A stretch of 64,000 bases of DNA from Utricularia gibba (Eukaryota > Plantae > Magnoliophyta), in the NCBI GenBank assembly GCA_002189035.1, contig NEEC01000004.1, positions 4,712,001 through 4,776,000 on the forward strand, in the 5' to 3' direction. The position numbers and the translations under genes were made by a program. This document shows positions 37,281-51,619 of the stretch, piece after piece. The stretch's first letter is position 1. Every line of letters begins with the position of its first letter. The notes below the pieces were generated by a model. The model did not search any database. It was not told the origin of the DNA and worked only from the letters and a program-made list of their open reading frames with translations.

Positions 37281-38446
37281 ATGGAAACGACATATCAATA
37301 TACGTGGATTATACCTTTGGTTCAACTTCCAGTTCCTATCTTAATAGGAATGGGACTCCTTATTTTCTCATCAACAAAAAATATTCGTCGTATGTGTGCC
37401 TTTACGAGTATTTTATTGTTAACTATAGCTATGATTTTGTCAATTAATTTGTCTATTCAACAAATAAATAGTAGTTCAATCTATCAATATGTATGGTCTT
37501 GGGCCCTCGATAATGATTTTTATTTAGAATTCGGGTATTTACTCGATCCGCTTACGTCTAATGTTAATTACTACTGTTGGAATTCTAGTTCTTATGTATA
37601 GTGACAATTATATGTCTCATGATCAAGGATACTTGAGATTTTTTGTTTCTATGAGTTTTTTCAGTACTTCAATGTTGGGATTAGTTACTAGTTCAAATTT
37701 TATACAAATTTATATTTTTTGGGAATTGGTTGGAATGTCTTCCTATCTATTAATTGGGTTTTGGTTCACACGACCTTCTGCGGCAAATGCTTGTCAAAAA
37801 GCTTTTATAACTAATCGTGTAGGAGATTTTGGTTTATTATTAGGAATTTTAGGTTTTTATTGGATAACAGGGAGTTTTGAATTGACCGATTTATTCGAAA
37901 TAATGAATAACTTGGTTTCTCATGATCAATTAAATTTTCCATTTGCTACCTTGTGTGCTGTTTTAGTATTTGCTGGAGCAGTTGCTAAATTTGCACAATT
38001 TCCTCTGCACGTATGGTTAGCTGATGCTAGGAAGGACCCACACCGATTTCGGCTCTTATCCATGCAGCCACTATGGTGGCAACGGGTATTTTTCTTGTAG
38101 CTTGCCTTCTTCCTATTTTTATAGTTATACCTTATATAATGAATTTAATTTCGTTAATAGGCATAATCACAGTATTTCTAGGAGCTACTTTAGCGCTTGC
38201 TCAAAAAGACATTGAGAGAGGTTTAGCTTATTCTACAATGTCTCAATTGGGTTATATGATGGTAGCTCTCGGAATGGGGTCTTATCGAAGTGCTTTATTT
38301 CATTTGATTACGCATGCTTATTCCAAAGCTTTATTATTTTTGGGTTCTGGGTCTGTTATTCATTCAATGGAAACTGTTGTTGGCTATTCGCCGAATAAAA
38401 GTCAGAATATGGGTCTTATGGGGGGGTTAACAAAACATGCACCAAT
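37281..38446 (+). pseudogene. ndhF: Plastid ndhF 5' portion, two frameshifts (~37560, ~38029), truncated at the junction
   Basis: [42 protein letters not shown] and [12 protein letters not shown] occur in three successive frames. Confidence 0.95.
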
Positions 38447-38467
38447 ATTTATGATACCTCAGGAGCA

Positions 38468-38494
38468 GTTTCATTAGCTCCTGAGGTATTATAA
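38468..38494 (+). pseudogene. rpl14: Last 8 codons of plastid rpl14 (VSLAPEVL*)
   Basis: GTT TCA TTA GCT CCT GAG GTA TTA TAA, at the expected position upstream of rps8. Confidence 0.85.
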
Positions 38495-38684
38495 ATATAA
38501 AAAAATTAATATCTTTTCTTTGGCGTATTTGAAAAAAATCGATTCAGAACTAGATTAATTCATGGATTGGGTGTTATGCATATACTTTGATGAAAAATTC
38601 CTATTCAGAAACCAATACCAATAAAAAAAAAGAAAAACATATTGATTATATCCAATTTTGAGGCACCAATAATTTTAATCCACC

Positions 38685-39089
38685 ATGGGTAGAGACACTA
38701 TTGCCGAGATAATAACCTCGATACGAAATGCTGATATGGATCAAAAAAGAATGGTTCGCATAGAATCTATTAATATTGGCGAAAATATTGTTCAAATACT
38801 TTTTCGAGAGGGGTTTATCGAAAACGTTCGAAAACATCGAGAAAAAGAGAAAAAAATTTTGGTTTTAACACTGCACCATAGAAGGAATAGGAAAAGACTT
38901 TCTAGAAATTTTTTAAATTTAAAACGGATCAGTCGAACTAGCCTACGAATATACTCTAACTCTCAACGAATTCCTAGAATTTTGGGCGGTATGGGTATTG
39001 TAATTATTTATACTTCTCGAGGTATAATGACAGACCGGGAGGCTCGACGAGAAGGAATTGGGGGAGAAATATTGTGTTATATATGGTAA
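38685..39089 (+). pseudogene. rps8: Plastid rps8 copy in the NUPT (ORF open)
   Basis: [17 protein letters not shown]...[31 protein letters not shown]. Confidence 0.93.
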
Positions 39090-39215
39090 CCCTCTTCTTT
39101 TTCTATGCAAATGGCCTCCGAAAGATCTTCCAATTTATAAAAAAAGAAAGGGTGTGGGGTTGTATAATATTGTTTCGTCTCCATTAGCTGATACTTCAAG
39201 GGGGCTTTACCTGAA

Positions 39216-39449
39216 ATGAAAGAACAAAAATGGATTCATGAAGGTTTAATTACTGAATCACTTCCAAATGGCATGTTTCGAGTTCGGTTAGATAATGAAA
39301 ATGTGATTCTAGGTTATGTTTCAGGAAAGATACGACGTAGTTTTATACGGATACTGCCGGGAGATAAAGTAAAAATTGAAGTAAGTCGTTACGATTCGAC
39401 CAGAGGACGTATAATTTATCGACTCTGAAACAAGGATTCGAAAGATTAG
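39216..39449 (+). pseudogene. infA: Plastid infA copy; premature TGA at 39426-39428 in place of the usual CGA
   Basis: [28 protein letters not shown]...GRIIYRL* followed in frame by NKDSKD*. Confidence 0.93.
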
Positions 39450-39541
39450 GTGGTTTTTATTCAAGATCATTCGAGATTAAAAATATCAAGAAACTGACTT
39501 TCTAACAACTTACTTTCTACCAAAAAAGTAGATTAAAAGGT

Positions 39542-39664
39542 ATGACAACTATAAAAATAAGAGCTTCCATTCGTAAAATTTGTGACAAATGTCGACTAAT
39601 ACGTAGGCGTAGTCAAATTATAGTAATTTGTTCCAACTCGAGGCATAAACAAAGACAAGGATAA
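39542..39664 (+). pseudogene. rpl36: Plastid rpl36 copy (usual ATG reads ATA at 39551; an in-frame ATG lies 9 nt upstream)
   Basis: [36 protein letters not shown]. Confidence 0.9.
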
Positions 39665-39756
39665 TAAAACTCGCTAAAGAGTTCCCTAAAAATCGGTTTT
39701 GACACGAAATGGATATATCCATCGATTTTTGACTCCTATTTATGAGATAATACAAT

Positions 39757-40171
39757 ATGGCAAAAGCTATACCGAGAACTGGTTCGCGTAGGAATGTACG
39801 TATTGGTTTACGTAAGAGTACACGTAGAATATCAAAAGGGGTTATTCATGTTCAAGCGAGTTTCAATAATACCATTATCACGGTTACCGATGTACGGGCG
39901 GGTGGTTTCCTGGTCCTCGGCCGGTACTTGTGGATTCACAGGTACGAGAAGGGGAACACCTTTTGCCGCCCAAACTGCCGCAGCAATTGCTATTCGTGCA
40001 GGAATGGATCAGGGTATGCAACGAGCAGAAGTCATGATAAAGGGCCCCGGTCTGGGAAGGGATGCAGCATTACGAGCTATTTGTAGAAGTGGTATACTCT
40101 TAACTTTTGTACGAGATGTAACCCCTATGCCACATAATGGCTGTAGACCTCCGAAAAAAAGACGTGTCTAG
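39757..40171 (+). pseudogene. rps11: Plastid rps11 copy with a 2-nt frameshift at ~39898
   Basis: MAKAIPR...[21 protein letters not shown] in one frame, then [14 protein letters not shown]...[19 protein letters not shown] in another. Confidence 0.93.
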
Positions 40172-40237
40172 AGATGAAGATTGAAGAAATTTCGATAGAA
40201 ACAAGAGAAATAAATAATTCAATAATCAAATAATATT

Positions 40238-41239
40238 ATGGTTCGGGAGAAAGTAACAATATCTACTCGGACACTACAGTGGAAGTGTCTTGAATCAAGA
40301 CCAGACAGTAAACGTCTTTATTACGGCCGCTTTATGCTATCTCCACTTCGTAAAGGACAAGCCGACACAATAGGCATTGCGTTGCGAAGAGCTTTGCTTG
40401 GCGAAATAGAAGGAACATGTATTACACGTGTAAAATTTGAGAACGTTCCGCACGAGTATTCGACTATAACGGGTATTCAAGAATCTGTCCATGAAATTTT
40501 ACTGAATTTGAAAGAAATTGTATTGAGAAGTAAACTATATGGAACTTGTGAGGCGTCTATTTGTGTCAGGGGTCCGGGGTATGTAACTGCTCAAGATATC
40601 ATCTTACCGACGTATGTAGAAATCATTGATAATAAACAACATATAGCTAGTTTGACAGAACCGATTAATTTTTGTATTGAATTAAAAATAGAAAGAAATC
40701 GTGGTTATCTTAAAAAAATGCCACGGGTCTTTCAAGATGGAAGTTATCCTATAGATGGTGTATTCACGCCGGTTCGAAATGTAAATCATAGTATTCATTC
40801 CTATGGGAATGAGAATGAAAAACAAGAGATACTCTTTATCGAAATATGGACAAACGGGAGTTTAACTCCGAAAGAAGCACTTCATGAAGCGTCGAGAAAT
40901 TTGATTGATTTGTTTCTTCGATTTTTACATAAGGAAGACGAAATGGGTCCTTTCGAGAACAATCAGCACACGATTCCTTTATCCCCTTTGCCCTTGTATG
41001 ATAAATTGGATAAACTCGGAATAAAAGAAGAATCTATTTTTATTGATCAATCAGAATTATCTCCTACAATATATAATTGCCTCAAGAGGTCCAACATATA
41101 TACATTATTGGACCTGTTGAATAACAGCCAAGAAGATCTTATGAAAATTGAGCATTTTCGCGTCGAAGATGTAAAACAGATCTTGGGCATTCTCCAAAAC
41201 CATTTCGCAATTGATTTACCATACCAAAAAAGAAGTTAG
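40238..41239 (+). pseudogene. rpoA: Plastid rpoA copy in the NUPT (333-codon ORF open)
   Basis: [20 protein letters not shown]...[36 protein letters not shown]...[26 protein letters not shown]. Confidence 0.93.
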
Positions 41240-41315
41240 ATGAAATTAGGCTTTGAATCTGTAGCCCAATTGATCTATTCAAGAAAATTAAGAATTTGTC
41301 TTTCGTGAATGGATG

Positions 41316-41357
41316 TATCTAGGGAGAATTCGCTTTGAAGCGACTATTCCCTAGATA
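41316..41357. terminator. Plastid petD/rpoA 3' inverted-repeat hairpin
   Basis: TATCTAGGGA...TCCCTAGATA stem, with an inner TCGC/GCGA pairing, between the convergent rpoA and petD stops. Confidence 0.7.
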
Positions 41358-41398
41358 TACCGGAGTGTTATTTTATTTCACAACACAATTGAAGAACT

Positions 41399-42400
<1,002 letters not shown>

Positions 42401-45400
42401 TAATGACACTAGATCTTACGGAGCCTGCTTATGCACAACACGATTCGAATCTGATCATAGAAAAGATTCCCTTCAGGTGAACAGCCTATAGGGTTACATA
42501 ATGGTTGGAACAAAGACACATTTAGTTGGCAATTACATACAATGTGGCAGACAGATACGCAAGTGTACTGCTTGTGATGACCGAACACGTACCAATGTTT
42601 CGGGTGGCTCATGCCTCCATCTACCGTTTTCCATTGGATGGCCAAGCTGCGTCTGCCAAATTCATTGCTACTAATTTTTAAATAGTTTGAGTCGGAAATC
42701 AAGTTTCGGAATTAAAATCTAACTCAGGACACGGTGATCAGCACCTGATATGCTCTGATGCTGTGGTGGTTTGGGTTCAGTAGTGATGAAGGAATTGGTT
42801 GAAGGGCAAAAGTAGGCATCGCAGGGTTTTCTAGATTCTTGGGGGAGATGGAGAAACGCAGGTACTGGTCTTCGTCCCCATGGCCTTGTTGCACCAACGT
42901 CTTTGGCCCTCAATGAGAAATATATGAATGAAACAAAGTCCAATGTGAGCTGGGGCGATGAGCGTGAAAAGCTAAACTGGAATTACCTTCTGATCAAGTT
43001 TGTCCCTTTCTCGAGGGTCAAATTCTAATTCATTCGATCGCTTTTGGTAAATAAACTTGAATTAAATTCAAACACTTAAAACATCAACATCTAATCACAA
43101 TTCAATCATCATGAAATCTGAAATTATGATTCAATTCTTGAACTACCCACTTTGTTTTTCATAATAAATAAACAAATAATTCAATTACAATTTGAACTAC
43201 AATCAAACCATTCAAATTGCAAAGTGCTCATACAAACAATTCACAATCTTTCTGCTCATGACATTTACCTTGTCCATTCAACTAATATCAAGACACACAT
43301 TAAGTTAACAGTGAGTGCAATCTAAACAACCGATTTAATCAACAGAAGGAGACCCTCGATGCTCACAACGTAATCACATGATTAACAGAAGCCACCCAGT
43401 GACAATAGTTTCCAAAGACTCCCACCGTTTCCAATGTACTCACTGATCTCCTCACACACCACCACCTAAACAATGTGGCGTACGGAGTGGGTTCGAGAGG
43501 AGCTTTGCCATGAACACACCACATCCAATAAAAGAAGATGGGATCCCTTTCAAAAGAAGAACATCCAAGAGGATGGATCACGGAGCGCAAGGCAATGATT
43601 GGGGCAAACAAGTCACATGTTTGGTGAGGGATAAGTAGGAGGAGATGGTTTGGAAATCGGCACGTGGGTAGGGCAGGGAACATCAGCATTTCCTACGACT
43701 CAACATGGAGAGGGTTTTCCAGTGTACTTGTTGCCGCTACAAACCCAACCAATCCTGATAGGAATCTATCTGCTGCATTCACAATTACTTTCATTTGGAA
43801 TCTACAATGTGGTGGCCGACCAAAGACGGGATTGTGCAAAGACACTGTGCAGGGGTAATTTTGACCACGGCTACTTCACAAGCACACGGATGAGGAGAAG
43901 CCAACGCATTAAACATTAATCAATTTTTTCTGTATTCTAATCTTGTACTATAAGACAATTAGAAATTCAAATTTTAAGATTAAATTTCTTAAATTTTTGT
44001 TTCAACGATGAAATAAGAAATTAATTAAATAAATTAAAATATTTACTTCCAATACACTTCAAAAATGCATTTATATTATCATATTAAACTATATAATAAG
44101 TTAATCAATTAAATCTTACAATATAGAATTTAATATATTAAAATTTATAATATAAATTTATATTATCATATAAATTAATTTTAAAATTTGAAAATTGAAT
44201 TTATTCATAAAATCTTAAAATTAATTCTACTTTACGAAAACTTAATGGAACCTATTTTAATAAAAATAATTTGTTCCAAAATAATCTCAAAAGTATTATT
44301 TCTGAAAAATTAACGAACTATTATTTTCCCTATTTATATAATTAGATCACCTAAAATCTATTTCTACTTCTATCAATTATTTTTACTTTTAAATTTCACT
44401 TTTATAAAAATAGAAATAAATCCTAAAAAATTTCCATCCAAGATGGTTCTGCTTTTTTGTCTGATTTCTAGTCTAACTAATAACTGGTCTAAACGTCATT
44501 AAATGCTGCTTTGGACAAGAATCAATCACAATCTTCCTAACAACGAGGAACGTGCTTCCATGTTATAGCAATTAATCACGCATTAAGAGATGACAATTAT
44601 GAAAATGAAATCACGTGGTAAATAAATTTCATGACACCTAATCAACTAACTGGGTATTCAATGGCTGTCAAGCTGGCACGAAATGATATGCACATCTAAC
44701 GCAAAAGTTAAAGCAGATCGTAAAAAAAAAAAAAAAAATCATGCTTTAGTAAAAGCGTCACCATATAATCCAAAAAAGCACACCACGATGGTTCCACCAA
44801 ATCATCCTCTACTTTCATTAAACAAACTTTAGAGGGAGAGAACAGACATATCACACGAGAAACACGGCATCATTTCATGATGAACGAAGTCCACAAAATA
44901 TGAGTGAATGGTTTTGAAATATACCAAGAGAAACGAGAGGGGCACATGGGCATTTCATTAGGTAGGTAATGCCAATAAGAGATGATGGACGGTTACACAT
45001 AACAGTCCCTAATCCATGTACCATGCAGACTGATGTGACTGTGGGTTCCTTATATGTCCACATGATTAGACGGGGGGGACAGAATCATGGCATTGATTAG
45101 TGAACACCAAAGAGGGAAGGCATTTATTTCCTCGATAAAGAGAATTGTAACCCACAAATCCTCTTTGAACAGGTTTGGGGTTTAAACTCTGAAGTCTCAC
45201 TTAAAAAAAATGGAGAACGAAGGTCAGCAAAACAATATATAGACTAGGGTGAAATGGGCTTCCGAATTAAGAGAACAATTTATAAGGTGAATTCTCATAT
45301 GAGAACTCTTGAATGTACATTAGGAAAAGGGTGGGTGTAGAGGAAGTCATGGGGGGGGAAGAAATGCGAGTTTGCCAGTAGAGAACCCCACTAGCGTTAC

Positions 45401-45988
45401 CAGACAGAGTCCACATGATTATCAATGAAAAAGGTACAGGGCTTCAGAGTCCAGACCACCCACATGAAGACTTTAAATAAAGAAAAAAGAAAATGACACT
45501 GAAACAATGACCCCACATTCTCAAATGATAAAAGAAAAAATAATATTTTTTTAAAATAAAAGGAAATTAAAAGTGAAAACGCTTGCTTTTGCATATATAG
45601 AACTCCTTTTGCGAGAAATAAATACTACAGCACCAAATGGAAACCAACAAGTAAAGCATGTCACCTTCGATTCGGAATGGTTTCGCAGATAGCCGCCATA
45701 GAAAACAGAGAGTTCCTGGAAGTATGGATCTGAGCCGATGAAGTTCTACTGTAAGTAGCCTGCTTTTTCTTCTTTTGGGGGTGTTTCTTCCAATCCCTCT
45801 GTTTTGTTCTGGGTGAAAGACGTTAGAACAATAGATTTTTAGTGAGGAGGGTTGTAAACTATGCAAGTGTTAGAAGCTCACTGTGCATGTATTGAACTCA
45901 TGAATCAGGTTAACTCCAGGAGAGGACTGACAGGAAGAAAGCAAACCAAAGTTCATTGCAGAGCTTTCAGAATTGGAAGGCAGAGGAA

Positions 45989-48900
45989 ATGGCAGCAAAA
46001 ATCCTGTATCCTTTGATTGATGACAACCAAAATCTCCGAAAGCACATGGGAAGCATCAACTCTTGTGAATTCTTCTATTCCGAAGATTTTCTGGCAAGGC
46101 GGAGAGCTCAAGGTGAGCAACACCAAGTGGAGAAGCATAATCCAGGAAGAGTTATCAACGTAAGTTTCAACATTATCATCTCCGAAAATGAGAAGAGAAA
46201 CGGGAGACGATTACTTGGAGTTATCAACTGCTAGATAATGAATCGCTTAATGTTGCAGGCAAAGGTAACCACTGGATCTCCATGTTCATACACATCCTCA
46301 TTGGCTTATAATGGTAGACTGAGCCAAAAGGAGACGATTACTTGGGGAACATCCATGGCTGTGAAAGAAGAACAGCATACATGGAGCAAGAGCATGCAAT
46401 CTTATGATATCCGTGATATAGTGAGGAATTCAATGTACAGAGAAGCTCGTAGTCTGCCAATCAAATCCCGAAACAATGAAGGCACACCAGTAAGCTCCTC
46501 AATGAAGTATATTGATTCTCCAAGACCCTTGCTGCAGTCAGCACACAGAAAATCTGAACTGATGGTTGAACAAGGAATGGCTCTTGCTCCTGCTGATGTC
46601 TGCAATGCCGTAAAGAATTCCAAGGATCAGAGGTTGATTATTTCTCGCTTGTCTCTTGAGAAAAAAGAATCAGAAGAAATCATGAAGTGTAAGGAACTGC
46701 CAAGATTATCATTGGACAGTAGGGAAACTGCTATGCGGAATTCACTATTTGAATCACGAAAAAGTTCAAACCAAGAACATGGAACTCAGAAGCGATCACT
46801 GAGTGTTGTAGCAAAGCTGATGGGCTTGGACAATTTCCCAGATTCCAAATCTACACCTGAGATTTGCAGCACAACGACAAAAGGAAGCCAGCGTAAGGGC
46901 TCTAGCACAGATTTTACTACATCAGAGGGAAAAACACAGCATCAACTTTCAATCTCAGCACATCTCCCTCATAAAAACTGTGAAGCATCATCTCTATTGC
47001 ATCATGGAGGAAACTTGAACGCCAGAATGGAACCAGCTCCGTGGAGACCGCAAGATTTTGGAAAAAGCCCTCCAGAACTAACACCAAGAAGCAAAAGGCA
47101 ACTAGTAAGTGATTTGGATCAATCTTTTGCTATCTATGGTGAGACAAAGAGAAGAATAGAACTGAGTGAACCAGGGTATGGAAAGGATCTGATAGCTCTG
47201 AAACAAATGCTCGAATCACTGCAACAAAGGCACCTAGGATTGAAAACTGAAAATCTACATTGCAGTAAACTCCTACACAGAAGTATCCGATCAGAAGAAA
47301 CATGTTCTGATCAGAGGCCTAAGTTCTCAACCCCACCGAACAAGACCCGTATGCAGGATACAGCTGCAAGAACTCATTCTCACAGGTCATTAGCTCACCG
47401 GGCGGATAAAAGTACATCTCTTACAAATGAGATAATGAATTTCCAAGATCACAAGAATCAGAGGAGAAACAACCTCCCAGAGTGCAAAAACAAGGGCAGT
47501 ATACCATGGAAGGGTGCTAAGGGAAATTCTATTACACAGCCTAATTCAAGAACTGGCAGAAAAACCGAAAGAGTAAGTCCAGGGATACAACTCCACCCGC
47601 TCAAAAACTCCCCTAGCAGTACTCTCTCAATGGAGTTGGGCAGAGACAGAAAGCATAGCAGTCAGAAATCTGCACAGAAGTCTTCCTCAAGAAGAAAAAA
47701 ACACAGTCATTCAACCAGTTTGCAGTCAACCTCTGACCAATTAAGTGAGCTCAGCATCGATACAAGATGTTCTAGCAACCCTGGTGATACAGCATCCCTT
47801 AAATCAGATGGCAACAATTGTGATGCATTAGAGATGGAAGCAGAAGACAAAAGCTTCTTGGCTAGTCCCATTAATACATACTCCAGAAAACATCCGGTAA
47901 ACTTACTCGACACTAAACCTTGATCTGTCATTTTTATCTTTAATATTTGATAGGTTTCCTTTGGTACCTTCACAGAACTCCTTGAAAACCTTAGCAGATT
48001 GCACAACATCTGCGAAACTCGCAACAATCATCACAGAACAGCCAAGTCCAGTCTCAGTTCTAGACAATTCATTTTACAACGAAGATGCACCATCCCCAGT
48101 TGCCAAGATATCAACAGCTTTTAAAGGTAATTCTATGTTACCCAAAACTTCTTATTCCGGAACAATGTATACTAGTCATAAGTCTGCATTGATAGCATGC
48201 AATTTAATCAATATTTGATACGTCATAGCAGCTAGACAGTAGATAGAGCAACGCTTTCCCATGACACTGCATACAGCTTCATGCATATGATATCATTATG
48301 AAACACCATTTGACAAACAATCTGTTTACCAACGATGCAGACGAGGAGCCTACCAGTCCTGAAAGAGGATGGTACACAGAGATTCCACTACACTTCGACG
48401 CAGGTTTTCAGGCAGGATCAAGGTTCACCTTCGAAAATCCCCCCAGGCATTTCAGATCAGAATCCGTTGAAAATACTGCGCAAACCGTCATAAACCTGGA
48501 TCCTGATCAGATATTCAAACACGAGGGCAAATTACTTCCAGGAGATCCAGAATACACACTCATCAACCGACCACCAGACGAGGTTCTCCGCTCGGAGCTT
48601 CTCGACGATTCGAAGAAGTTACACTCATCGGCGAGCTTCAGTCACATTTTCTATAGCAAAAATGTCATTGATGCAGAAAAGGAGATCCGACTTCGCAATG
48701 AACTCTTCGTGGCCAGAATGAAATCGGCGAACCTAGAGACGTTGATAGATGAAACCTCCACAGAAACTCGCCGCACGCCGCATTGCAACCTTGATCACAG
48801 CACGATCAAGAGCTTCTTGAATGCAGAGAAAACGCATGAACCAGAAGACTGGAAGGATTTTGGCGGTGAGATTTCACGCCTGGTTTTGGACATCGAGCGG

Positions 48901-48990
48901 CAGATCTTCAAAGACTTGATTACCGAGGCCATATTCACAAATATCCTTCAGATGCAAAAATCAAACGGAGCTCGAAGACAACTTTTCTAA
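45989..48990 (+). CDS. LNG: LONGIFOLIA / TON1-recruiting motif (TRM) protein, 4 exons
   Basis: N-terminus MAAKILYPLIDDNQNLRKHMG, ELPRLSLDSRE, SVVAKLMGLD (M3), EQPSPVSVLD (M1) and LVLDIERQIFKDLITE (M2/DUF4378). Confidence 0.88.
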
Positions 48991-50087
48991 TGCATGCGTA
49001 GTGGTCCAATAAAAGGATTGGGCTGGTAGCATTCCAATATCTTTTTAATGGCCCCGGCCCAATGTTCTTCAGGAAACTCTTTCTATACCTTTTGTAGCGT
49101 GATCCAATTCTCTCTTCCCATCTATTTCAAGTCATAATATTTAATATTTTTTAATTTTTGTGATAAATGAAATTAGATATACCAAAATTTAAAACATAAT
49201 ATTTATTTAATCTTTTTTTTCAATGGGAAGATTATAATATTTACTATCATTGTAAAAAAATAAAGAATTTTTTATTTTAAAATACCTTAAAATTTAAAAA
49301 TGTATTTGAAATATTTTTTATTTTTAAAAAATATTACATAAATAGTTTTATTATCAAATATAAATAAAATGAAAATATGGAAACAATTTCTTATTTTTTA
49401 AAAAACTGTATAAATGTAACATATGTTTTATTATTAGCAATTCGCGAAAAAAACTTCCCACGATAACAGCCAAAAACAGAAATGAGCCACACGTCGCCCA
49501 CATGGACTTTTATGTGGGCCGGGTAATTTAAGTGGGCTGTGGGCTGAATTGGGCATAGGCACAAATTGCGGGTTATTTTACATACAAATACAAAAAAAAG
49601 ATTTATATTGAAAATGATTAATTTTTTCACACATATCTCATACTCGTTATATTGCCCAATTTGATTTAACATGATGCATGTTTGCTAGATGTATGTAATG
49701 TGTCGATAGCCCCGATCGGTATAAAGTTATGAGAAATCATAACATGCATTGAGTTTGATTGCAATTGAATTGCAATTAGGCAAGATACACATTAGGTATC
49801 GGGAGGTAGATAGGTAAATGAGAAGGTCAAAAATGTCTTTTGTGGGTAAATGGTAAAATGTGTCATTTTTACTTTGAAAATTGGCAATGTTTGCAATTTA
49901 ATTTTTTAGTAATGTTAATTTCTATCATAATTTAATGTTTACTCATCTTTTTATAAATTATCATGATACGATTCATTATATTATTGAAAATGATATTATT
50001 TTTTAATGACCAAGCATAATGTTAATATTGATGTTTTTTTCTTACGATATTGACCATTTAAGAGGACAAGAAAATTAATAATTAAAT

Positions 50088-50234
50088 ATTTATTTATCCG
50101 AATTGAGTCATAATCATATGTTGCACTTTAGGTTATTTTTTAAGAGTAAAATAATAATAATAATATAATAATAATAATTAAAAGTTTATTTATCGGAATT
50201 GAATCATATTCATCTATTGCACTTTAGGTTATTT
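50088..50234. repeat. Degenerate ~47-bp direct repeat in AT-rich intergenic DNA
   Basis: ATTTATC(C/G)GAATTGA(G/A)TCATA(A/T)TCAT...TTGCACTTTAGGTTATTT occurs twice, about 97 bp apart. Confidence 0.65.
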
Positions 50235-51619
50235 GGAATATAACAAATGTCAAAATGATTGAAAATAAGCCGAATTTTCATCATCAGAATTATAGAAAAA
50301 ACATTAATACAAAATTTTTCTATTCAATATTTTGAATAATTATATAAGATAAATATCATTTAAGTTTTACACATAAATCTAAATATTTCTAGTTATTTTA
50401 TCATATATATTTGTTTTAAAATGCATTATTTCATATAGTAGATAAATTAATAAACATTGGATCATAACTTAAAAAATGATAAATAGCAGATAAATTTTGA
50501 AATTGTTTTTTCATAATGAAGATTAGGGTATAAGCCATGGTCAATTTGGCGTTTTATTTATTTAATAGTAATATTAGTGGAAAACCCTAGTCGCACATAT
50601 GTCCCAATCAAGTGTCTTCCTTTGGACCACACACACTAAACATCTAGAGATTTTCATTGATGACACTTGTTGAAAGATTAGCTTAAACTCTTTGATCATG
50701 GCCTCTTACTTTCTTGGATCTTGTGTAAAGTTGACTTCAATGCATCTGTCTCCTTCACTCTTGTGCTTCTTCGTCCCATTCTTCTGTTCAATGCTCAGCC
50801 CATTATTACATACTTTTTGATACCGCAGTTTCAGATTCATTTGAGTAACAAAATGGGTCTCTCTTTTGTTTTCTTTTGCACTCAAGAAAAAAGACTCTAG
50901 GGTTCGTGGTACCATGAGGATCTGGTAACTGGTAAATGGGTTCATTCGGGTTGAATCGGAATGCAGGAATGCACGTATCTCGTGTTGAAATTCGAACACC
51001 AAAAATGAAAACGATCAAAACTTTAGACACGTAAATACAATGTACTAAAAGATTTCTTGATTTCTATGAATTTCAACTAGTAATATGGAATTCCACAAAT
51101 CTTCGTCAATACCAAATTTCCAACAGTTCATTGTGGAAAAGGGAATAGCAGTAGATGGGGATGATGTGAATCCAACTCCATGAGAGAAACGCAAGTGTAA
51201 TACATTCTGCATTGCAATGGCTTCTGCAGCCAGGTGGTTTTGATTTTCTCTCTTTTTTTTTTTGACTCAACAGTAGCATGCAAGAAATTGAAATGGGGTG
51301 TGCTAGGGTTTTACTCTACTGTGGATGGTTACCAGAAAGCTCTGATTTCATAGGGAATGCTTCATGAAGATGAATTTCTGGTATTTATGATATCGATATA
51401 CGTGTAGTGTGAGAAGATAGTGATAAGCTGCTCAAAGTTGAATCTCATAAAAGAAGCTCAGTAGCGATAAAAACATTAATGAAAAGCAGTCAGCTGCTCT
51501 TCTTCTTTAGCTCTCTTGCATAAACTCCTTGAATGTGATACCTAAAGAGAAAGAGCTTACCTGTACAGCTTCCATCGAGCCAACCAATCAGAAGCAAGAA
51601 CAGAAACTCAACCTCCGGC

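Noticed and set aside
49450-49900. GGGCY-rich patch and adjacent sequence resembling a MITE/Helitron end
   Set aside because: No terminal inverted repeats, target-site duplication or CTRR hairpin could be paired by eye.
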